Shown: positions 50,202 through 62,260 of the stretch, one piece after another
How the letters are laid out: the number at the start of each line of letters is the position of its first letter
How positions within the stretch are numbered: the stretch's first letter is position 1
Origin: Lama glama
Taxonomy: Eukaryota
Length of the DNA stretch: 64,000 nt
Direction: 5' to 3'
Assembly: GCA_028534125.1 (NCBI GenBank)
Contig: CM052817.1
Span: 40,984,001-41,048,000 of the forward strand
The notes under the pieces: generated by a model
Seen by the model: only the letters and a program-made list of their open reading frames with translations
Told to the model about the DNA's origin: nothing
The model's database searches: none
Translations under genes and position numbers: made by a program

Positions 50202-51134
50202 AAATCCCCTACTCCTTTTTTTAAAGATGGCATTGTAGTTTTTGCTAGCAACCCCGATGTCTGTTTAGCTGTTTGTAAGACAGTCTTTGCTCCAAGAAGG
50301 GAGAGGGGTGACAAGAATCTGTCTAATCACTGGCTCTGGCAGTGGGTCGAGGTGGTTGCAGGCTCTCCAGGCCAGAGCTCAGCAGCCTTTCTAAACTGGA
50401 ATGTCAGAATTCCAAGGCCTGCATTACCCTTGGGTCAGGGGTCAGGGCGGGTTTCAAACCCTGAGTGGCCACGTTCTGCCTCCTGCTGATGTGGGAAAGG
50501 CAGATTGCTCTCCTGCAAGTCGAGGTGGAGAGACAGCTTTGATTTCTTTCAGTTGTAGAGGAAAGGTTAAGCCCAGTGACGGCAGGCGGTTACGGCTTTC
50601 AGGAGAAGCTGTGACAATGTTGACCATAGAAAACCATCCCATGGGCTGTCAAAGAAGGCAGGAGGCTTGTTTGTCATTCTTTTCACTTGAAGGAAGGTAA
50701 GTTGTCAGAAGTTGCCTGGGGAAGTGACTACCTTTTTGGCCATTGCTTTTCTTTTTTCCAGAATTATACTTGTTAGAAGTGCATGGATTGTCTAAGGTGG
50801 ACATCGGAGAGGTGAGGGATGGCAATGGGAGTGGGGACAGAGTTCTGCAAGTTGGAGGATGCAGACTCAACTGCATTGGTGTGGTGCCTGGGCTCCTGTT
50901 CAGGGAGGTGAGCCACCCTTGGAGGAGACAGGTGAGCCGTGGAGGCTGCCTCCGAAATCTAGCTTCTGCATGCTCCATTGGATCTGAGGGCCACGTGAGC
51001 AGAGTGATGAAATCCCTGTCTTCTGGTCGTATTGAAGTTTTTGTTTGGAAATTAGCAGAATTAGAGGTTTATTTCTCTAAAAGAGTCACAGGAAATTTCA
51101 GTGATCGCCATAGAGATAATAAAACCGTGCTCTG

Positions 51135-51650
51135 GTTTATGTATTTGCTCAGTAGGTATCGGCTTTGTGTCAGGCATTTAACTCGGTGCTGAGGATGCAA
51201 CAGACGCACAAACACAGAGCGCCCAGTCCAGGGAGCAGACAAATATTAATCAACCAGTAACTCAGTCAATAAGTATTCATTGAACATGCATTATGTTCCA
51301 GACACTGGGGATCTTCCAGGAAGCTAAGCAGACACAAATCATGTAAATAAAACGTCAAATTGCAACTCTGATAAAGGCTAGGAAAGAGAGGTGTTCTAGA
51401 TCGTGAGAGCCTATAATCCAAGCTTAATAGCCAGAGAGAGCTTGTTTGGAGATCCAAGGCACAGAAGAGCTTGTCCCCAGGTGAAAGGGGACAAGAGTGC
51501 ATTCCAAGCAGAGGGAATAAATAGCACATGCAAGGGCCCTGGGGGAGGGAGCTTGCTGAGAATGAGGATGAATGGAGGCCATTTGTGGTTGGAGCGGGGA
51601 GAGGATTGGTGGACAAATTAAGGTTGGAGGGGTAGGCGGCTACCAGTCAG
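51135..51650 (-). mobile_element. L2 3' fragments
   Basis: tcaataagtattcattgaacatgcattatgttccagacactgggga...cattccaagcagagggaataaatagcacatgcaagggccctg. Confidence 0.75.
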
Positions 51651-51739
51651 GAAAGACATTCTCAGAAACGTGAGAGGAGTCTGACGTGTCATTTTCCTCC
51701 TTAGAATGTCTTTCTTTTCCTCCTCACCATAGTTCCATG

Positions 51740-51980
51740 TAGAAGAGCTTCTATTCTGGAGCCAGACTACGAGGGTTGCTCTCCTACCTACAAGCTTTAT
51801 GTCCAAACACATGTTACTTAACCTCTCTGCCTCGGTTTTTAAATCTATAAAATGGTGGACATAAGAGTACCTACCTGATAAACTTGTTAGGAAACCTAAA
51901 TGAGTTTACATTTGTAAAGTGTTTAGAACAATGCCAGGCACTACTTATAAGCACCACGTAAATAAGACCTATTACTATCT
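51740..51980 (+). mobile_element. MIR SINE
   Basis: ttacttaacctctctgcctcggtttttaaatctataaaatgg...tgtaaagtgtttagaacaatgccaggcac. Confidence 0.85.
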
Positions 51981-52799
51981 TACGTGTTATGGGGATGGTA
52001 GAGAGCATCTTTGGTCACCAGATATCCCCTAGTCAGTTTATAAATAGGAAATCCACGCTAAATATTCAGAACATGTAAGTCACAAACAGAGAAAACCTAA
52101 AACAAACTGTAGTTCTCTTAAATGTCCCTTTGTGATATGGAAAAATGCATTTATCAAGTAAATCATCTTGGAAAATTGCTCTTTCAGAATCAAGAGAATT
52201 AAATGCCTTCTTTTTTTTTTTTTTTTTGAGAATTAAATGCCTTTCACCTTGCCCCATGTGTATTTTGAGATTTTTGAAAGAAAGTGTACTCTTGTTAATG
52301 ATTTGGGTGATACTCGGAATTGAACAAAGGGCAGAACTTCCCTCAGATCCTTTCATCACTTTATCAGCTGATGCCACTGAGCAATCAGAATGGTTGAGCC
52401 AGAGGCGACCTTGGAGATCAGCTAGTTGTTTGTTCTGATTTAATTGGCTATTGGTTTCTGCATGAAGTGATCACATTGGGGGAAAAAAGAGCTGGAAGCT
52501 TAAGAATCTAATAGACAAGTTGTTAATTTCACTGAGACACTCCTGGGAAAATCATAAATACCATCTACAGCTTCTCCTTTGGAAGGTGGTAATACATTTT
52601 TGCTGAAGTTTTTTGGTATTTCTGAAAAATAAAAATACTAAACAGCGTTACTTTGTTCCTATAGATTTGGTAACATTGTGAGTCATCAGGTTCCCCATGT
52701 GGACGTTGGAACAAACAAACTTTCACTGAACACTCACTACGTATGAGGCCTTGTGATGGATGCTTTTATATGATGCCTCGTTTAATCCTCACAGAAATG

Positions 52800-53280
52800 A
52801 TATGGAGTCTTGGAGTCTGTGTCACCCGTCCTCTGCTTTGCTCTGGATTGCAGGGGGCCTGAATGCTATAGCTGAGTTTCCTAGCCTCTCCTGCCCACTA
52901 GTTCCTGGCTGGGTTTGGGCACTGGGAGGCACTGGGGAAGTGGAGGGTGGGGTAGTGAGAGAAGTCCTTTTTCTCCCATCCCTCTCTGCCTTGGGCTGCA
53001 TCTTCTCTTTGGCTCCAGCTCCCATGGGTCTGACAGACCATGGTTCTAGCTTCCACTTGGTGGATCCATCCCTAGGCTCCAACAACGTTCTCTCCTCCCT
53101 TGGTCTCTCCAGCCAAGGGTTGGTAGAACTTCCTGCTCTTGTTCATTTCTGGATTACCCTGTTGTCTGCTCTTTGGCTTACAGTCTTCGTCACCTGTATA
53201 ACCAGTTCCCTGCGTTAAATAACCTCTATTAAAAGTAATTAAAGTAATTTGTTTTGTTTTATTTAGGCCCTAACTGATAG
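52800..53280 (+). mobile_element. LTR33-like ERVL LTR
   Basis: gggtttgggcactgggaggcactgggga...cacctgtataaccagttccctgcgttaaat...ggccctaactgata. Confidence 0.7.
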
Positions 53281-54119
53281 AGTTCAGTAGAATTATACCT
53301 GCTTTTTCAGTATATGGGGAAACTGTGAACAATACAGTTCACATGTCCCAATATTAAGCCCATTATCACAAATTTACTAATTAACCTTGCACTCCTAAGT
53401 TAATATATACCTCTTCTACTATTATATTATAGTGCCTTCATGACTTTCTAGAAAGGAGAAACCTTCTTTATAGGGGTTATTTTTCTTGGATCATCAGTAT
53501 CAAGAGTTTGACCACAATCCCATTTTCATTCAATTGGATTGTTGACTTACTGCAGGATGAGTTTGAGAGTCAACGTCTTACATCTCTCCAGAGACAGAAT
53601 TATTAGACCCTCATGCAGCAGATCAGAAAAATGCCCATTTATATGTACACAGATGCTCATTTATATGTACACACAGCTTGGTTCTCTGGGAAATTCTCCA
53701 TAGACCCACAGAGCCAGCAAGTTTGGGCCACTCTTCCAGGCCAGGTGATGGTTGCCCTCAGTTTCAATTTGTATAGCAAATTGAGATCTTTATTCTTCAC
53801 CTTGAATTTATGCAGAATCAGGGGAGGAATACTCTTAAATTATCGTTAAGTCCTACATAAGATCAAAGACTTTGGACTTTGCCATAATTTCAGGCTTAAT
53901 TTTTAGACTCTTTTCAAAGGAATAAATCATAGGCTAAACTGTCTGTGGTCTAAAAACACTGAAGTAATGTTTGGATACCACTGATTTACATACGGAAACT
54001 CTTCTTATGAAGACATTGGCATTCTAAAAAGTCAAATAAAATTTGAATCCTTTCCTGTTAATAATAAAAATAGATGGATGGGACCAAGTAGTGGAGAAGG
54101 ATGGAGTCTTGGTTAACAA

Positions 54120-54172
54120 GTATATATGTGTGAGTGTGTGTGTGTGTATGTGTGTTTGTATGTGTGTGTGTA
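54120..54172. repeat. (TG)n degenerate microsatellite
   Basis: gtatatatgtgtgagtgtgtgtgtgtgtatgtgtgtttgtatgtgtgtgtgta. Confidence 0.85.
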
Positions 54173-54199
54173 GGTAGGTGGGGTCCAGTGCAAAGCCAT

Positions 54200-54530
54200 C
54201 AAAGCAGTGAATGATTTGACTATGTGTTTAGGAAAATAGGTAAAATTGTGTTGGTTGAACTTAGAGATGGGGAAGAGGGTCTGGATGGAGGGGACTGTCT
54301 AATCACAGATTGTAGACATAGCAAATGCTATATATTATAATGCTAGGCAGTAGTTAAGAAAAAAAATGAAGACTTGAACTAAGTGACTTTGGAATGGAAG
54401 CTACAGGTGACTAGGCTACCTGAGATGATGTGGAGGTAGAACTGGTAAGATTTGATCATTGATTGGGGTAGGAAGTAAGGGAGGAGAAAAAACTTGAGGA
54501 TTATTCCAAGGTTTAGAGTCTTCATGACTC
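54200..54530 (-). mobile_element. L2 fragment
   Basis: gaagacttgaactaag...tggaggtagaactggtaagatttgatcattgattgggg...gaggattattccaaggttt. Confidence 0.6.
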
Positions 54531-55099
54531 AATCTTTTCCTTTTTCATATAATATCCAACTCAAGGAACAGTGCATCCTATTCTGGAGCTTTCAGATTAC
54601 TACTGGAAACTGGTTTATAGCCATCCTTCTTTGATGAGAACAGAGAAACATGCCAAGTGGCTTACAACACCTCTATCTCCATCTGAGGCAGGGAAAAAAA
54701 AAGCAACTGGGAGATGCTGAAGTCATCAGGATTGCTGACCATGTGCTGAGACTATGAATGTCAGGTAAATGGGGTGCCTTCCAGCTACTCATCACACAGA
54801 TAGGGACTAAAAATCAAGGGGCTTGACAGTATTTTTAGATCTCTAGGTAAGATCTAAAGATCTCTGGGTGAGAATTTTGTACAGGCTCAGGCAAGGGGTG
54901 AGGGAATTATCCACTGCAGACTCACTGGGAATCAGAAGTAAGCCTTGCAGGGTGGTTCTCCTACCTTGCACACCCCAGCACTCTAGTCGGGGGGGTCTAT
55001 GCACTGCCGGATCATGCCTTTGCTGTCCTAGCTGCTGATTCTCTCACCTTCAGGACCCGCTCCTCACCGCCATTCAGATCTCCCAACCTCAGAGCCTGG

Positions 55100-55335
55100 A
55101 TGCCCCCTGCTGCCCAACGTCCTCCTCAGCCATTGGCTTTCCTTTAAACTGTCACAGTGCGCAGATTTCCCGTTATTTTATATTTCACCGTATCTTGCAT
55201 TTTATTACTCTTTCATTTTTCCAGTTGTGTCCATCTTGTCTTTCCAAGTAGATCGCTAATTCCTTGAGGGAAGAACTATTTCTTCCTCTTTACGTCATCT
55301 AGTACAGAGTGAATACTTGTGGAATAATTGATTTA
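55100..55335 (+). mobile_element. L2 3' tail
   Basis: tcttgtctttccaagtagatcgctaattccttgagggaagaact...tctagtacagagtg. Confidence 0.5.
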
Positions 55336-56319
55336 GTGTGAACATTTTTTTGCCCCAGTCTACCCCTAGCTCCTGGCCACCTGATCTACTTAGCTACCTC
55401 TTGCTTCCTTCTTTAGCCATTGGGCTGATGGCACACAGTCCAAGTTCTGAACACTCAAATCTTTCTCCCAGGACATAAAGAGCTCCAGACATGGAGGTAA
55501 GGAGGGAGGGAGGGAGAAAGAAAAATGTGTTTAGGAATAGCAACCTATGACTATCTTTATAATAGCGCCTACATATTATTTCATTTGGAAAATATAGTAA
55601 TATAATATAATAATCTGTTTTGTGTATCTGTCTCCTCTATTAGACTGCAGCTTCCTTGAGGATAAAGTTCCATTTTTAAGTCTGGTGCTTTTTTTCTCCC
55701 TCTGTGTTACATTTACACTGCCATTTTCAAACGTGCCGTAGATCTTGGAATTTTAAACTAAAGCCTTCCCTTCAGTTATTGAGAATAATTACTAGCCTTA
55801 TTATATAGTGAAAGTTACTCAGTGCATCCTTCCTCTATATGGAAGGGAGTATTTAGGACATTTTCTTCCTTATGAGACACCAGCCCCACCTCATTCTAGA
55901 GGACAGGGAGGCTCTGTTTCTCAAAGTTAACATCAAAAGAAGATCACTTATGGTTATAATTGCTCCCTGGCAGAAAGGTTGCCACGGACACTGGAGAACA
56001 TTCACGGTTAATTTCTTAGAACCATAGCTAATGGGACAAATCGCTTGGCCATGGAGACTCCTCAAGCTGAAAGGGCATAAAGAGATGTAAAGGGGAAAGC
56101 AGGTCACGGGCTGTGCCCTGGATCCTGGGGAGGTTCATGGCCAGGAGAAAGCAGGCAGATGTGACTCACTGGGTTGGCTGTGGGCGGCATTGGACTCAGC
56201 TGTCCCAGCTGGGCGGACATCTGCAGCACGTGATTGATACCAGTGCAAAGACTGCGCCAGCCAGATAAGGGTGTGTGGCAGGGACAACGAGGGTGTGAAC
56301 CTGTGAGAAAATCTGATGA

Positions 56320-56500
56320 GGGACACCGAATAGCAGCAGTGAGCCCTTTCCTGCCGCTGAAGTCTAACTAGGCTCGGCTGACTTGGAGCACATCAGAGAG
56401 GGGCTGTGACTTGTCCTAGATCACGTGGAATGTTAGCGGCCAGGCTGGGACTAACAGCTGGATGGTCAGACTTCCGGGCTAGTGCCCTCAAAGTAGACCA
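56320..56500 (-). mobile_element. MIR fragment
   Basis: tcagagaggggctgtgacttgtcctagatcacgtgg...ggctgggacta...tcagacttccgggctagtgc. Confidence 0.6.
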
Positions 56501-56884
56501 CACAGAAAGCAAGACATAAGCAAATTTTTAAGAAGCTGTGTAATCAGGCCAGGAACAACCTGACTTGTGGGCAGCTTGCTTCTTCAAAGCACAGAAGGTC
56601 TTCAGGATGTTCAGCAACCACAGTGACTTGACAGAGCGGCTTGTTATTATTTCCTGGAGGTGATTCTTGTAGATTAAGTTGGAAAAATACTGCAGTAGTG
56701 CAGTCATTACACATGTGCTGATCTTTATTGATGTATAAGGAGGAACCACAATGATGCATACAAGAAGGAGATTTAAGTGGAAACGCTTCCTGTGCAAGCA
56801 GCACTTTGTCTTTCAAACAGGAAGCAGTAGTATGTAGTTAAAACTAGAATAATCTTTACAATAATTTTTTAAAAGGTAATAAAC

Positions 56885-57100
56885 AGCTTGAATTTGCCAA
56901 ACACTTCACTTACTCAACATGCTTTGACAAATCCTATCTCACTGGACCCTCACAGCTTCTGCATAACTTAGGAGGTAGTAGCAGTCACCTGATTTGTAGA
57001 TGAAGAATCTGAAACCGGGAAGGCTTGGTGATTTGCCCAAGAGCACACAGGAGTTACTGTCAGAACCAGGACTAGAGTTTTGCTTCTTTATCTAGTGTTT
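56885..57100 (-). mobile_element. MIR SINE
   Basis: atttgtagatgaagaatctgaaacc...gtgatttgcccaagagcacacagg...agaaccaggactaga. Confidence 0.75.
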
Positions 57101-57109
57101 TTGTGTTGT

Positions 57110-57438
57110 AAAGTTCACAATCCCTTTCCTGAAATTTTGAAATCCGAACAAAAATAACATGTCTATTTTTGCTTTCCTAACTTACTTGGGAGCAAAACTA
57201 CCTGTCCTGAACTACTTTGGCAACAAAACCTGTTTTGAGATGATGTGAAAGGTCTTTATTGTCCTCTTTAGGGAGAATATTCATACATTTTATTACAGAA
57301 ATTTTAATGTGTTCAATTACAAGTTGCCCCAAACCAGTGTATTATCTTTGTTATATGAGCCATCTTGTCTTTCTAAAAAAAAATTCGATTTCAAAAGCAC
57401 ATCTGAACAGAAGAGTTTTGGGTAATAATTGTAACCCT
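57110..57438. mobile_element. MER46C-like Tigger MITE
   Basis: TIR-like aagttcacaatccctttcctgaa ... tttgggtaataattgtaacc; internal gaatattcatacattttattacagaaattttaatgtgtt. Confidence 0.7.
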
Positions 57439-57584
57439 AAAATAGCCTGGCTCTGCCATCTGACAGGAAACTAGATGTTTATATTAACCAGATATAGTTA
57501 ATAGTCAGTATAGTTGCCATATATATATTACTGATGTTGAATAAATTAGACTATATTGAAACAGACTTAATATCGATTCAGCAG

Positions 57585-57800
57585 TGTTGGGAGGGTTAAA
57601 GAAGATAATTCAGGTAAGTCATTTGGCACGGTGGTTTACGGGACACATTCCCTAACTAGAGTGGTGTTAGCTGTTACCTTTCTTATTAACTTTGTATCCC
57701 CATAAGGAAGCAGTGACAAGCAGAGGTTAAGGAACTTGCCCAGGGTCACATGGCTAGTAAGTGGCACCACTAGGACTGGACACCCGTACTGTCTCTTCCA
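57585..57800. mobile_element. Two MIR fragments in opposite orientation
   Basis: tgttgggagggttaaagaagataat (+) and cagaggttaaggaacttgcccagggtcacatggctagtaagtggca (-). Confidence 0.7.
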
Positions 57801-58040
57801 CCCAAAGCATATGCAAAACCAGTAGGGTAGAGCTCATTCTCAGATCTTCCAGAGGGCTCTGGAAATCCTTCCAGATCATCATTATGAAAATTAATTACTG
57901 AATCATTGGACTGTAGCATGTGGAAGTGCTGTTTAATAGCCTGCTGGTTAAGCCAGGTTTTGTTGGCTACAGATGGAGAGAAGGAGAAGCAGAGGGAGGG
58001 AGAGAGAAGAGGACAATTCTCTACTAGAGAACGCCTATAA

Positions 58041-58243
58041 CTGGGAGTTGGGATTAGCAGATACAAACTACTATATTCAGAATAAACAACAAGGCCCCAC
58101 TGTATAGCATAGGAAATTATATTCAATAACTTGCTATATAACCTATATGAAAAAGAATATATATATAATTGAATCACTATGCTGTACACCAGAAACTAAC
58201 ACAGCATTGTAAATCAACTATAAATACATGAATAAATAGACCA
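58041..58243 (+). mobile_element. Short 5'-truncated camelid/cetartiodactyl L1 3' end
   Basis: gggattagcagatacaaactactat...gaatcactatgctgtacaccagaaactaacacagcattgtaaatcaacta; TSD agagaacgcctataa / agagaatgccttataa. Confidence 0.9.
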
Positions 58244-58589
58244 AAGAGAATGCCTTATAAATTAAAAGTTTGGAATGATTTTACAGGGTGATTGGCAAAC
58301 CTCTAGTCCAGAGAATTCTTACAAGAACAGTAACTTCCTTGGGTGGATTCCTGAGGTCTTTCTGGGAATTAGAGCAAAGAGAAGACACTCCCAGGACTTC
58401 CCCCCAAGCCCCAGTTCTGTGGCTTGGGCCGATGGAACCTGTGGTTTGAGGGGGAAATAATCATGACCTAAGTATATATCATGAGATTTTGCTCCGCTCC
58501 CCTCCTCCAGCCAGCTCCTCTCACAATGGCTTTTGTGCCTTCTCGGCTTCCTTACTTTGAATTTAGGACTTTTCATCTTCCAACCTCCC

Positions 58590-59530
58590 TTTGGAGGTGA
58601 GGGCCTACCTGAGGGTGGGGGTGGGGCTGAGAGGGACGAGGATGGGGAGGGACTCGGGAGATGAGAGGAGATTGGTGCTGGCCTCACAAATGGCTTCTGA
58701 TCTCGCAGCTCCTTCCTGCCACAACTCACATCCCCACATCCCAGATGGTGGGGGGAGAGCTGTGGTCCGGCAGGACAGGCTGGCGAGAAAGTGAGCCCCT
58801 CGGCAGCTAAGCCTGAGATTAAGGGGGCCTCGTGCCATTGTGCTGGCAGCTGCTCCGCCTCCCCCGCGTGCGGTGCGGCATCAGCCCACGTCTGGTTCTA
58901 TTTGCTGCTTGGGGATGCGGCACTTGAAAGGCGCCCCTCCCCCAGACTCCTTGACATTTGTCCAGAGATTAATTGGGCTAATCCCCTTCTTGGAAGAATA
59001 GGTTGGAGAGTGTGTGCTGGGGGAGGGTGGGGAGGCAGGCTGGGATTGAAGAGGCAGGCATTAATGAAGGCGCTGGGGCTTGCTGGAGCCTTTGAAGGAA
59101 GAAAAGAGCAAATTTCTCTGCTGTTCCCCGACAAGGCTGACAGGTGGGCAGGGAGACCGCAGTTCTTCTGTTCTGCCCGGCTTTGCCAGAAGGTCTGTGT
59201 ACACCAGCAGTAACGACTTTTGACAGCACCAGCTGTCGCTCAGGGAGGAAGCTCTCCCAGCACACCTTGGCTTGCCATTCCCGGCTCTTGTCGTGAGGGC
59301 GAAGGTGAGAGCCCCAGGGCAGGCTGTCCTGACTGTCCAAAACACACATTGCTCAGATACTTGTCTGGGAGACTTACAAAAGGACATTTACATTTTATTT
59401 TGAACCAGGCATTCAAAATAAGCATCATTTATTATTTGAGATTTCGGGTCGAGGGAAGGCAGGGGACCACGGACAGTGTTTTCTTGGGCTTCGTGCAGCT
59501 GTCCAGATTTCGGAGGGCATGCAAAACTTT
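58590..59530. promoter_or_regulatory. GC- and CpG-enriched unique block, candidate enhancer or promoter
   Basis: Local CpG excess (ctccgcctcccccgcgtgcggtgcggc), GC-box-like motifs, TAAT-core motifs (gattaattgggctaatcc), no recognisable repeat. Confidence 0.35.
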
Positions 59531-59544
59531 TCACTTTATTGTCG

Positions 59545-59780
59545 GATAGTAATAGCAAGCATTTATTGGGAGCTATTTTGTGCCGAGACATTGTTCTGAA
59601 CATTTTACATGTATTAATCAATTTTTTTTAATTCATCACAATTCATATGAAGAAGATGGTGATATTGTCTTCATTTTACAGAGCTAGTAACCTGCTCAGG
59701 GTCCTTTGTAAATGGCAGCACCAAGACTCAGACTTCTACAGTCCAGTGGCTCCAACCTCTAACCACGGCACTTAGGCTGC
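59545..59780 (-). mobile_element. MIR SINE
   Basis: atagcaagcatttattgggagctattttgtgccgagacattgttctgaacattttacatgtatta...cattttacaga. Confidence 0.85.
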
Positions 59781-60554
59781 ATTGCTAACAGAGAAAAGGG
59801 AATAAGCATTTTGCTGGGCTGGTCCCAGGTTGGAACCTGACTTCTGTGAGATTGAACAGTTAATTGAGGATAATGCATCTGGGGAGAACTGAGGCTAAAG
59901 AGCCATGGAAATACTTGGAGGTCCCTGGGAACCTCTGAAAGATATGTGCTTAGTTGTACTATAGGTGGAAATTTTCTTCCAGCGAACAGGATTCCAGTCA
60001 TGTACTGTATTTCTTTGTAAATTACTGCAGACACTGGCATGATGAAAATGAAGAGAGTGCTGGCTAATCAAATGAACTTATAAGAAGAGAGTTCTTAAAG
60101 TAGGACTATGTTAATGCACATTAGAAAAACTATTCGTAGAAATTTTTTAAGTGTCACTGCAAGGTGAAAGGAAATCTGCATAGGTATGAAAATCTGACCA
60201 TCTTTTATCAGAGGTAAGATATCTAAGTCACAGAAATTGCTTTGAGGGGGGGGCCTGGAATGACAGTTGCTAAAGTCAGAACAATGATTGGAGAGTTTGG
60301 GGCATATCTTTATGGTTTTTGAGCACAGTGAGCAATCTTTGACTTAGGAGCATCTAACTTAAATCTGCTTCTCCCTTCTATGTACCCGCTGTCTGCACAG
60401 CAGGCAGCACACACAACCTCTCCTTTTCCAGCCATGGTTCTTTTCTTGTTGTGAGCATCAGTTTCTGGGCACTAGAGACCAGTGCAGATTCTCAAGTAGG
60501 GTGAGGAAGATAAAGGAGAGTAGATGTAGAGTCAGTTCGCCTCCTGTTTGATCT

Positions 60555-60715
60555 TCAAAACTATCCTAAGAAGGAGGGCTGTCTTCCCTTGATGATGTGG
60601 AAACTGAAGGTCAGAGAACTTGCTAACCCAAGACTCTCCAATAAGGCAGTAGCCAAAATGGCTTTATACCCAGGCTGTGGTGCCCAGAACGGGGCTTCCC
60701 ACATTGTGTCCACTC
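60555..60715 (-). mobile_element. MIR fragment
   Basis: gatgatgtggaaactgaaggtcagaga...acccaagact...acccaggct. Confidence 0.55.
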
Positions 60716-61599
60716 CTACTTGTCACCATGGGTCCGGCCCCAGGTGGTGAAGATGGGGAATGAAGGAAGGGACAACCTTATCCTGCCACCTTGGTGTCAG
60801 CCCGCTCCTTCCTCTGCTTTGCTGCCAGGCCATTTTGCCACACCTGGAGGAGTCAGTCTCCTTGCTATAGTGCTAAGGGGGAAGGGACGAAAGTAGGCAT
60901 TCCTTCTTCCTGATTTCTCATTTTGTACTTTTCTCCCAGTTCAGCCGCAGCCCCCTCTCTCAACTCCCAACTCTGCTCTCATCCCGTGCGGATCCTCATT
61001 GATCACTTGGCCCTGGGAGAAGCTACCCCATTCTTGACTCCTTAAGATAGAAAAAGACTTTAGTCATCTTCATTAAACTCCTCAGCCTGACAAATCTGAG
61101 GGGAAATCCTCCCGTGTCCTCAGGAAGCTGGTTTTCAATATTCCTCACCAGTACAGGGGTGCAGTTGAAAATTTACTACACCCAGAAAAAAAACATGATA
61201 CTACAGTTTGTCAGAAGAGAACCGATTCCAAACCAAAGATTTCCTGATAAACTGAAACAGCTTCTTTTTCTGAGTTGAGGATCTCTAGCCAAATCTCCTG
61301 TTTCTCTGTATAGAGTCTTTAGTTCCTGATAAAATGCTCAGTGGTTTTCAAGTCATACTCCTTTTTGCATGAATTCGATATCTTAATAGGTAATGTCATC
61401 TACACCCATCTGGCTTTATTTTAGCATGGCTTAATTTGCTAGGTGACAGGATCAAACCCAATCTTTCTTCCTCGGTGCCTTGGGTGGTGCATGCACCCTA
61501 CTCTTTGTACTGCACTGTGGTCAGTCACTCACCTGCCTTTGACTCACATCAGAAGTGATCTCTGTGGTTGCACAGACCATGTTGTAACTTATTTTGCAT

Positions 61600-62260
61600 C
61601 TTACTCTAACATCCTTCCCCTTTTACCCTGTCCAGTCCATTTTCCACACAGCAGCCAGAGAGAGCTTTTGAAAACATAAATCAGATTGTGTCATTATCTC
61701 GCTTAAAACTTTTCAGTCTCCCCACTGCCTTCAAATGCAATGTGCTTGCCTGACGGGGGCTCCCCACCCCCACTCGCCCCACCCCCTCCCCAGCAGGTCC
61801 TGACTCTTCTCCAGCCTTGCTCCAGGCCTGCCGGCCTTTGCTTGTGCTCTGCTGCCTCAGGGCCTTGGAGCCTGCTCTTGTCTCTGTCTGGAATGTTCTT
61901 CTCCTGGCTTTTGCATAGTTGGCTCCTTCTCATGCCTCCAGTCTTAAATGCTTAAATGTCACCTTAAATGTCAGAGAGCCCTTTCCCTGAGCGCTTCATC
62001 TGAAGTAAGTCTTCCCTGGTACTTACTGTCTTCTGCATTCAGTTTCATTTCTTTGTAGCATACATTACAATCAGCAATGACTTTATTGACCCGTTTTGCA
62101 TTCTCTATTTCTCTTATTAGAATTCAGGCATCATGAGAACAGGGTTCTCATCTGTTCAAGGTTGTATCTTCAGCACAAAGTGCAGTGCTTGACGTGGGTC
62201 AGTGCGCTCCGTGTGTATGTGTGTTCAAGAAACGAATGCGTGAAAGAACAGATGAACGAT
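61600..62260 (+). mobile_element. L2a 3' end
   Basis: ccacacagcagccagagagagcttttgaaaacataaatcagattgtgtca...tctggaatgttctt...aaatgtcacc...gaatgcgtgaaagaacagatgaa. Confidence 0.88.

Noticed and set aside
50743..51192. 149-aa ORF
   Set aside because: Non-ATG start, runs into L2 sequence, no known domain
52760..53218. 152-aa ORF
   Set aside because: Lies almost entirely in an LTR33-like element
53635..53675. Short tandem duplication (catttatatgtacaca x2)
   Set aside because: Ordinary slippage duplication with no further structure
54833..54865. Small AGATCT-based palindromic cluster
   Set aside because: Too short and imperfect to support a hairpin RNA or MITE call
56528..56816. Two overlapping minus-strand ORFs of about 90 aa
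   Set aside because: No identifiable homology and no convincing acceptor/donor pair
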